Assembly (NCBI GenBank): GCA_964432465.1
Contig: CAYSNI010000069.1
Span: forward strand, 1-30,517
DNA: 30,517 bases
Direction: 5' to 3'
Source: an uncultured Candidatus Saccharibacteria bacterium
GTDB taxonomy: Bacteria; Patescibacteriota; Minisyncoccia; UBA6257; WO2-44-18
In this document: in pieces, positions 24,110-30,517 of the stretch
Layout: the number at the start of each line of letters is the position of its first letter
How positions within the stretch are numbered: the stretch's first letter is position 1
The notes under the pieces: generated by a model
The model's database searches: none
The model's input: the letters and a program-made list of their open reading frames with translations, nothing else
What the model was told of the DNA's origin: nothing
Program-made: the position numbers and the translations under genes

Positions 24110-26056
24110 TTATTCGAGTTCTTTAAGCCAGGCATCCACGGCGACATCCGACGGCATGCGCCAATCGCCCCTCGGTGAAAGCGCTACCGACCCAACTTTT
24201 GGACCGTCCGACATTACCGAGCGCTTCCACTGGTTGCGGAAAAATCGCCCGACAAAAAGCCTCAACCATTTTTTAATTACCGCGCGGGGATATTTCTTTC
24301 CGAACGCCTGCTCCGCGAGAAACAGAATCTTTTTCGGCGCGCTCGCCCATCGCACGAAATGGTAGAGAAAAAAATCATGTAATTCATACGGGCCGATAAT
24401 ATCCTCGGTTTTCTGATCAATATCCTTTTTGCCCGCCCGCACAAGCTCCGGGGAGATCGGCGTCGCAATGATATCGGCAAGCACTTTCTTTGCCTTGCTG
24501 AAATCCTTTTGTGACCGCACCCACTGCACCAGATACTTCACCAGCGTCTTTGGAATGCCCGAATTCACGCAATAGTGCGAAATATGGTCACCGGTAAAGG
24601 TATTCCAGCCGAGTGCTATCTCCGAAAGATCACCCGTGCCTACCACGAGGCCGTTGATCTGGTTCGATTTATTCATAAGTACCAGCGTTCGATAGCGGGC
24701 CTGCACGTTTTCAAAGGTAATATCCTGCGTCTTTCCATTGTGTCCGATGTCTTTGAGATTCTGCGAGGCGCCTTCGGTAATATCAATAGTTTCCAGCGTC
24801 ACGCCCAGCGCTTCCGCAAGTTTGATCGCGTTGGACTTGGTACGCTTCGTAGTCGCAAATCCCGGCATGGTGTAGGCATGAATATTGTTACGAGGCAGAC
24901 CAAGTAATTCACAGGCCCGCACGGCTACCAGGAGCGCGAGCGTTGAATCCAGTCCGCCGGAAAGTCCGATGATCGGTTTTTCTTTATCCGCGTGCTCCAT
25001 GCGCTTCGCAAGTCCCGCCGCCTGAATCGCAAAGATTTCCTGCGCGCGCTTATCACGCTCGGATTCGTTGGAGGGTACAAAAGGATTCTGCGTGAGAGAA
25101 CGTTCCAGCTTCTCCGGGCTCGCGATGTCGGTATCAAATGAAATATTCCTGAACTCTTTCCTGGGCAACTCGTGCACGCCTTCCCCAAAGCTCGTCATAC
25201 GTTCCCGATCGGTCTTTATATGATGAAGGTCGAGATCGGCGTAGATGATCTGGCTTTCTCTGTCGAATCGCTCAGATTCTTTGAGAAGACCCCCGTTTTC
25301 CCCGATCAGGGCGTGACCGCTGAATACCACGTCAGTAGTGGATTCATGTACGCCACAGGACGCGTAGATGTAGCCAGCCACCGTACGGGCTGACTGCTGA
25401 GAAACCAGCTCGCGACGGTAATCCGCCTTCCCGATTAATTCGTTTGAAGCCGAAAGATTCGCGAGCACCGTCGCTCCCGCAACCGCCTTGAATGAACTGG
25501 GCGGCATCGGCATCCAAACGTCCTCGCAAATTTCCACACCAAGCGCGAATGCCGGCAGCTTTTCGGACTGAAAAATAAGATCCGCGCCGATCGGTACTTT
25601 CTTCCCGAGAATAGTTATTTCTTTCGCCAAAAGATCGCGCGAAGACGCGAACCACCGTTCCTCGTAAAATTCCTTGTATCCCGGGATGTAGGTCTTGGGC
25701 ACGAGACCAAGAATCTTCCCACCGGAAATTACCGCCGCCATATTGAATAATTTCCCCTCGCATGCGAGCGGGAGTCCCACTAATACCACCGCTTTTACGG
25801 TTTTGGAGGCATCCACGATCTCCTGTAAACTGATAAGAGATTCCTCCTGGAGCAGTTCCTGATGGAAAAGATCCCCGAGCGTATATCCAGTAATTGAAAG
25901 CTCAGGGAATACGATAAGTCCGGTCTGCTTCGCCGCCGCGACCTTTATCAGCTTAATGATCTCCTTCCCGTTCTCTTCCGGCTTCCCAAGCCAAAGCCTG
26001 GGTACCACCGCCGCTACCCTCATCAATCCAAATCTGGACAATTGGATAGTGTTCAT
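24110..26056 (-). CDS. nadE: glutamine-dependent NAD+ synthetase
   Basis: Nitrilase domain E-K-C (FPEL, VPK, EICED) plus SGGLDS, ENVQAR, GTGDLSE, ISPEL, IIGPYELHDFF. Confidence 0.96.
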   Translation of the reverse strand: MNTIQLSRFGLMRVAAVVPRLWLGKPEENGKEIIKLIKVAAAKQTGLIVFPELSITGYTLGDLFHQELLQEESLISLQEIVDASKTVKAVVLVGLPLACEGKLFNMAAVISGGKILGLVPKTYIPGYKEFYEERWFASSRDLLAKEITILGKKVPIGADLIFQSEKLPAFALGVEICEDVWMPMPPSSFKAVAGATVLANLSASNELIGKADYRRELVSQQSARTVAGYIYASCGVHESTTDVVFSGHALIGENGGLLKESERFDRESQIIYADLDLHHIKTDRERMTSFGEGVHELPRKEFRNISFDTDIASPEKLERSLTQNPFVPSNESERDKRAQEIFAIQAAGLAKRMEHADKEKPIIGLSGGLDSTLALLVAVRACELLGLPRNNIHAYTMPGFATTKRTKSNAIKLAEALGVTLETIDITEGASQNLKDIGHNGKTQDITFENVQARYRTLVLMNKSNQINGLVVGTGDLSEIALGWNTFTGDHISHYCVNSGIPKTLVKYLVQWVRSQKDFSKAKKVLADIIATPISPELVRAGKKDIDQKTEDIIGPYELHDFFLYHFVRWASAPKKILFLAEQAFGKKYPRAVIKKWLRLFVGRFFRNQWKRSVMSDGPKVGSVALSPRGDWRMPSDVAVDAWLKELE

Positions 26057-26065
26057 AATACACTA
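26047..26065. promoter_or_regulatory. candidate NrtR operator
   Basis: TAGTGT-TCATAAT-ACACTA, perfect 6-bp arms with GT-N7-AC core, overlapping the nadE ATG. Confidence 0.72.
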
Positions 26066-26094
26066 ACAGTAACGTATGATAAAAAAATCGTCAA
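26066..26094 (-). promoter_or_regulatory. promoter of nadE-nrtR operon
   Basis: TTGACG-17 nt-TACTGT, 9 nt before ATG; -35 lies inside the nadK CDS. Confidence 0.6.
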
Positions 26095-26927
26095 CCCCTT
26101 CCAGCGTCAATATCTTCTACCGTCCGGATAACCCGGCGGCAAAAGCCTGGGCGGAAAAGATCACGCTCTGGCTTCATAAGCACTATCCGAAAGTAACCAC
26201 GACCGAGAAAAGACCAGACGCGGTTATCGTCCTCGGCGGCGACGGTACCATTCTCGAAGCCGCCAGCCGCTATCAGCGTTCAAATCCCGTCATCCTCGGA
26301 CTAAACCTCGGCCATGTTGGATTCTTGGCGTCCGTCCGTGAAGAGGCGAAATTTATTAATGCACTGGCTAAATTTTTCTCCGGTAAATACTGGCTGGTGG
26401 ACAGGATGATGCTGCAGGCCAGCGTGTGGCGAAAAGGAAAGAATATTTTTAAAACAAATTCACTGAATGACGTCGCTATCCAGAATCCGATCGGTATGGT
26501 GGAGCTGGAAGCCAGCATCGAAGACCACCCCCTGCAATATATCCGTGGCACCGGCGTGCTCGTGGCTACCGCCACCGGCTCCACCGCGCATAATCTTTCC
26601 GCCCATGGCCCGATCGTGATGCCCAATATCGAATGCCTGATCCTGACCGAACTTTTTGATCACAGCATTCCCACTCCCAGTCTGATCATCGATAAAGACC
26701 GGATAATTTCAATGAAGATCCTGTTCTTCCGGAAACGCGGCATTCTTTCGGTCAGTAAGACCGGCAAACCGGCTGATCTTCTTCTGATATCGGGAGACAG
26801 CACCGTCTTCCCTCTTGAGATCGGCGATATCGTGAAGATTCGGCGCTCAAAAATGCTCGTCCGGTTCGCGGAATTGGAAAAGCACTATTTCTTTAAGAGC
26901 TTGCAGGAGAAGTTTTCGTTTCGGTAA
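26076..26927 (+). CDS. nadK: NAD kinase family protein
   Basis: LGGDGTIL, GLNLGHVGFL, LND, TATGSTAHNLSAHGP. Confidence 0.88.
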   Translation: MIKKSSTPSSVNIFYRPDNPAAKAWAEKITLWLHKHYPKVTTTEKRPDAVIVLGGDGTILEAASRYQRSNPVILGLNLGHVGFLASVREEAKFINALAKFFSGKYWLVDRMMLQASVWRKGKNIFKTNSLNDVAIQNPIGMVELEASIEDHPLQYIRGTGVLVATATGSTAHNLSAHGPIVMPNIECLILTELFDHSIPTPSLIIDKDRIISMKILFFRKRGILSVSKTGKPADLLLISGDSTVFPLEIGDIVKIRRSKMLVRFAELEKHYFFKSLQEKFSFR

Positions 26928-27537
26928 CTTCAGTACGGTCTGGCCAGTATCGCTTGATGATCCAGGCGGAAAAAATGGCGACCGCGATGGCGACGGCCAC
27001 GTCAACAATATAATGCTGTTTCACAGTGAGCGTGGAAAGACTAATCAGGGCGCCCCAAGAAGCGTAGGCGGTAAAAGCTTTTTTTCTTAAATAAGGATAG
27101 GCCATAATCATTAGCGTCACCGCAGCTACCACGTGACTGCTTGGGAAGGTATTATTCGGTAAATCTGAATTGTAAATCTTCTGCACAAAATACTGCGTCC
27201 AACTCGTATTAACCGCGTCGGCGGATAGAATCGGACGCGGATAAGAAGACGGGATAATAATATGCAACGCGAAGGTGATCACGAACGCGAGCGCTACCGC
27301 GGCAATGATGCGGGCGTACTGCTGCACGTTCACATTTTTAGAAATAATCGGTGGCAGCCAGAAAAAATAGATTGTCACGTAGAAAAAAATTGTCGCCGGA
27401 ATGAACGGTATCCAGCTGTCCAACGGCAACGCGAGCGAGTTGTTCAAACTCCGCGCAAAGGTGCCGATCGCAATTAGGCGATACGCGATAAAAATTATTC
27501 CGATAGTCGCGATAAAAATTAGCCACTTCTTTTTCAT
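26893..27537 (-). CDS. PAP2 superfamily membrane phosphatase/phosphotransferase
   Basis: Multi-TM; NTFPSSHV and STLTVKQHYIVD. Confidence 0.83.
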   Translation of the reverse strand: MKKKWLIFIATIGIIFIAYRLIAIGTFARSLNNSLALPLDSWIPFIPATIFFYVTIYFFWLPPIISKNVNVQQYARIIAAVALAFVITFALHIIIPSSYPRPILSADAVNTSWTQYFVQKIYNSDLPNNTFPSSHVVAAVTLMIMAYPYLRKKAFTAYASWGALISLSTLTVKQHYIVDVAVAIAVAIFSAWIIKRYWPDRTEVTETKTSPASS

Positions 27538-27575
27538 ATTATTTAGATTATAGTAACAAAAAATCTTCTACCAAA

Positions 27576-29411
27576 CTAGATTTTTGTACCGATTAGGCAG
27601 ACCTTTTGCCATGGCTGATAGACGCTATGGAACTGCTGCTCCGCGCTCGTACCATCCGGGTAGTTAACCGTGTAGGTTACATCCGCGGTCAAACCTTTTC
27701 TCGGTTGCTCACTACACTTCACCTCACCGAGTGGTAGTTCGTTCGTAGCCGTATACTGCGGTGGTGGAGCGGGTTTTTCCTCAGAAAATACGGGATCGGA
27801 AATAGAAACTTTCCGACCGTCCCTCTGGCCATAAAACTCCAGCACCACTTCCTCCCCCTCGGTCCGGCCCTGCAATAGCAGGTAATTACCCGTGTCATTT
27901 ACAAATTTAAGATCAGGACGTGGGCCATAAATCGTCGCGTCTAATCCTGGCCCGTAATACCCGACAACATAACGATGGTTTACTCGCTCGGTGATCGGTA
28001 AACCAGCATCGAGTGCTAGCCGAAAAAGCGTGGTGGCGATCTGACAAAGCCCCCCACCCAACTCTTTTACACTTTTTGTTCCCTTGATCACAAATTCTTT
28101 CACAAACCCGGATTCTTCAGTAGTTTCGCCGATTGCTTCCACGGCTGAAAATTCAGCTTCCGGAGGTACAAGCAAGCCATTCAACTTGGAAATCCCTTGA
28201 ATAATGTTTTGCTTGCGATCCGCGCTGCTTCCTTTGAAGCTAGTACGCGAAATACCAACCAGGTCTTTAATCTTGTAATCATCGATAGTTTTTTGTGTCA
28301 CCTTCGGCTCCGCGTGAATTGTCTCAATCGGGATTTCCACCTCTCCGCTCTGTGGCTTAAAATAGGAGCCGGGCATAATTGTCGCGAAGGCTAACGAAAG
28401 ATTGGCGCTAACCGCAAACGACCGTTGCACGTCCTGCACAATTTTCTCTACCTTGCTGGAGGTTTTTTTAATATCGACCACGTTACCTGACCGACCCGCC
28501 ACAATTTCTACAAGCACGCCATCAACCATCTGAAACCGACTGTCGATCGGCGGGCTATCGATTGCCACCGCAACTGTTTTTGAGAGATAGTTTTCCATTT
28601 TTTTCGAATCCACACCCAAATCACCATCGCGCAAGGTCAGCCAGCTCACCCAGGTTGCACCGCTCACCCGCCAATGAAGATTTTTATAAGAAAAAACAAT
28701 CTTGGTAGTCCGTGCCAATTGGTTCGCGAACTCCAGAAATGGGGACAGATTTTCGTTGGTCACGCTCGGAGCAAGCAGTACCGCTTGAAAATTTACCGGC
28801 TCTGAATCCAAGATTGATAAACGAATTCGTAATTCATTTAGCACTACCTTCATATCCACGCCTTCTCCGGCTCTCTCGGGACTAATCGTCACCGCCGCGC
28901 CGTTATCTAAAAATCTTGCCGGAGTAGCTAATTTAAAAAAATCTTCCAGCTCCCGTTCCAGCATAGAATTAATCGGGGCCTCGTGTAGCGCCACCGGAAG
29001 CGGGAAATGCTTGTCTCGAAAAACTAAGCCAAACTTTTCAGCTGCGCGGCGAAAAATTGAACCCTGCCTCCCCCACCGGTACGCCTCGGCCACCGTCCGC
29101 TCCCAATCGCCAACAGAAAAGTATTCAACTGAGTTATCTGAGGTTAATCCGGCGCTCAACATCGGAATGTGCACGACCTTCTTACCACCTTTACCTTCAA
29201 AAGAAAGCTGAGCTCCTTCCTTTATAAATTTCTCCGTTTTTTTATTGAGCTCTTCCGAAACTTCAGCGTAGGTTCGGCCGCCAACCTGCGCGCCGCCTAA
29301 AACTACTCCCGGATAAAAACTTCCGTGATAATACGAATCGAAGACGATTGCTCCAGCTAAAAGCATTAAAGATAGCGCTCCCAGTAACGATAACCGGACT
29401 TTTAAACTCAT
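27576..29411 (-). CDS. VanW family protein with N-terminal anchor and putative peptidoglycan-binding region
   Basis: YPGVVLGG, GGGLCQIATTLFR, ERVNHRY, GLDATIY, DLKFVNDT. Confidence 0.88.
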   Translation of the reverse strand: MSLKVRLSLLGALSLMLLAGAIVFDSYYHGSFYPGVVLGGAQVGGRTYAEVSEELNKKTEKFIKEGAQLSFEGKGGKKVVHIPMLSAGLTSDNSVEYFSVGDWERTVAEAYRWGRQGSIFRRAAEKFGLVFRDKHFPLPVALHEAPINSMLERELEDFFKLATPARFLDNGAAVTISPERAGEGVDMKVVLNELRIRLSILDSEPVNFQAVLLAPSVTNENLSPFLEFANQLARTTKIVFSYKNLHWRVSGATWVSWLTLRDGDLGVDSKKMENYLSKTVAVAIDSPPIDSRFQMVDGVLVEIVAGRSGNVVDIKKTSSKVEKIVQDVQRSFAVSANLSLAFATIMPGSYFKPQSGEVEIPIETIHAEPKVTQKTIDDYKIKDLVGISRTSFKGSSADRKQNIIQGISKLNGLLVPPEAEFSAVEAIGETTEESGFVKEFVIKGTKSVKELGGGLCQIATTLFRLALDAGLPITERVNHRYVVGYYGPGLDATIYGPRPDLKFVNDTGNYLLLQGRTEGEEVVLEFYGQRDGRKVSISDPVFSEEKPAPPPQYTATNELPLGEVKCSEQPRKGLTADVTYTVNYPDGTSAEQQFHSVYQPWQKVCLIGTKI

Positions 29412-29453
29412 TAGCTTTAGTATATAGTTGTTGAAGCTAGTTTAGGAGGCCTG

Positions 29454-29834
29454 ATGAATATCCGGCTGGACAGCATGAATCTCCTCGTCGCCTGCTTTAA
29501 TCTGATGGAGGAGAGAAACAAGGAGCGGTTTGAAGCGCTTCTGAAGACCGGTAAGATAGATCTCGCCCTGAATCAGCTTCTGCAAGATGGAACCTTCCCG
29601 GAGTGGTTTTCAAAAGATTTTTCTTTCAACCATGTTTACAAGCGCCTGAACGGACTACACGAATGTCTATCGCTAGCATCCTCAGCTGGCCTGCTTCGGA
29701 TGGACGGTACGAACTTCGACTATCATCTGGATCTGACTCCGCGAATGATCGCGCACCTTATGACAAATATCCCGATGGCGAATGACGACATCAGAAAAAT
29801 TGCTAAGAGACTCGATTCCCTACTCAATGAGTAG
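29454..29834 (+). CDS. hypothetical protein, 126 aa
   Basis: Open frame with SD AGGAGG 4 nt before ATG. Confidence 0.65.
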   Translation: MNIRLDSMNLLVACFNLMEERNKERFEALLKTGKIDLALNQLLQDGTFPEWFSKDFSFNHVYKRLNGLHECLSLASSAGLLRMDGTNFDYHLDLTPRMIAHLMTNIPMANDDIRKIAKRLDSLLNE

Positions 29835-29845
29835 GGAATTTATTT

Positions 29846-30517
29846 TTACAAAACTTTTTCCTGAAGAATCGGCGGCGACTTCGCCTCCATTAACCGAAAA
29901 GAAGTTCGGCCGATAATCTGATCCCGATCGGTTAAAACGTCTACCCGCCAGCGCCCGGCTGGAATAATTTCTTTTACAGAATAGCCACGGTAACCGTTAT
30001 CACGGCCGCCGGTAATCGGGAAATTCACCCGGCTCACCTCGCGCCACCGCTTCTCGGATTCGTCATAGTAAGACCAACGGTGGGAAATCTGGCTTTCTAA
30101 CTTTGACGGGGCAAACACGGCGCTGTAAGCGTAGAGCCCCTGACCAGGCAGAGCATGGATATCATTTCTTTTAAAAAATTCATACCACTCCCTTTTCTCA
30201 TCGGACACAAGATAGTCGCCATTATCCAACTTTTGTACCGAATGGTAGATACCGGCTTCTTTCAGAGAAAGTGGGATAGGCGGGATGATATTGGCAAAAT
30301 AAAACAGATTAAATAATAGGTAGATAGAACTAATCGTCTGCACGATCAGGCGATAATGTCCTTCCAGCCTTTGCGGAGCGATCCGCTGAATGAGATAGAC
30401 AAGACCAATCACCACCCCGAGGCTGAGTACGCCGCTCAGAAGGAAAATTCCCGCGCCCATCTGCCGGAATACTACCGGTAACGAAAAGATAGCGTAGGAA
30501 AATACCGCGAAGAAAAA
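29846..30517 (-). CDS. DUF2914-like membrane protein, 5' partial
   Basis: Frame open to window edge; IPPIPLSL, YSAVFAP, GGRDNGYRGYS, GRWRVDV. Confidence 0.8.
   Translation of the reverse strand, partial: FFFAVFSYAIFSLPVVFRQMGAGIFLLSGVLSLGVVIGLVYLIQRIAPQRLEGHYRLIVQTISSIYLLFNLFYFANIIPPIPLSLKEAGIYHSVQKLDNGDYLVSDEKREWYEFFKRNDIHALPGQGLYAYSAVFAPSKLESQISHRWSYYDESEKRWREVSRVNFPITGGRDNGYRGYSVKEIIPAGRWRVDVLTDRDQIIGRTSFRLMEAKSPPILQEKVL

Noticed and set aside
24106-24147. Longer NrtR start in the ORF track
   Set aside because: Overlaps the nadE 3' end; ATG 24105 right after the nadE stop fits better.
1-30517. Stop-codon reassignment (code 25) as in some CPR lineages
   Set aside because: TGA terminates several clear genes (pncA, dnaX, scpA) and no gene is interrupted by in-frame TGA.

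Overview
Bacterial chromosomal window read in genetic code 11 (TGA is a stop). Gene content and compact style suggest a Patescibacteria/CPR (Parcubacteria-like) genome; this is inference. The left part is a minus-strand cell-wall and chromosome-segregation run (DUF4015 hydrolase, four-helix-bundle gene, scpA, scpB, D,D-carboxypeptidase, mraY, small inserted genes, D-aminoacylase-like gene, ftsW). The middle holds housekeeping and accessory genes (NUDIX, dnaX, methyltransferase, tRNA-Gln, cupredoxin, bcp, ABC-F, pseudouridine synthase, GNAT, obg) with several small palindromic elements. The main feature is a 9.4 kb NAD island at 17491-26927: nadK divergent from nadE-nrtR-radical SAM-pncA-pncB, then an NDT-like/NUDIX fusion, nadA and nadD. 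A GT-N7-AC palindrome (candidate NrtR operator) overlaps the nadE start codon, and a duplicated terminator-promoter block precedes two of the genes. The island has no nadB, nadC or prs. It does carry two uncharacterised enzymes (radical SAM, NDT-NUDIX), which are the best candidates for an undescribed NAD pathway. The right end has PAP2, VanW, an orphan gene and a partial DUF2914 gene. All family assignments come from motif recognition by eye, not database searches.
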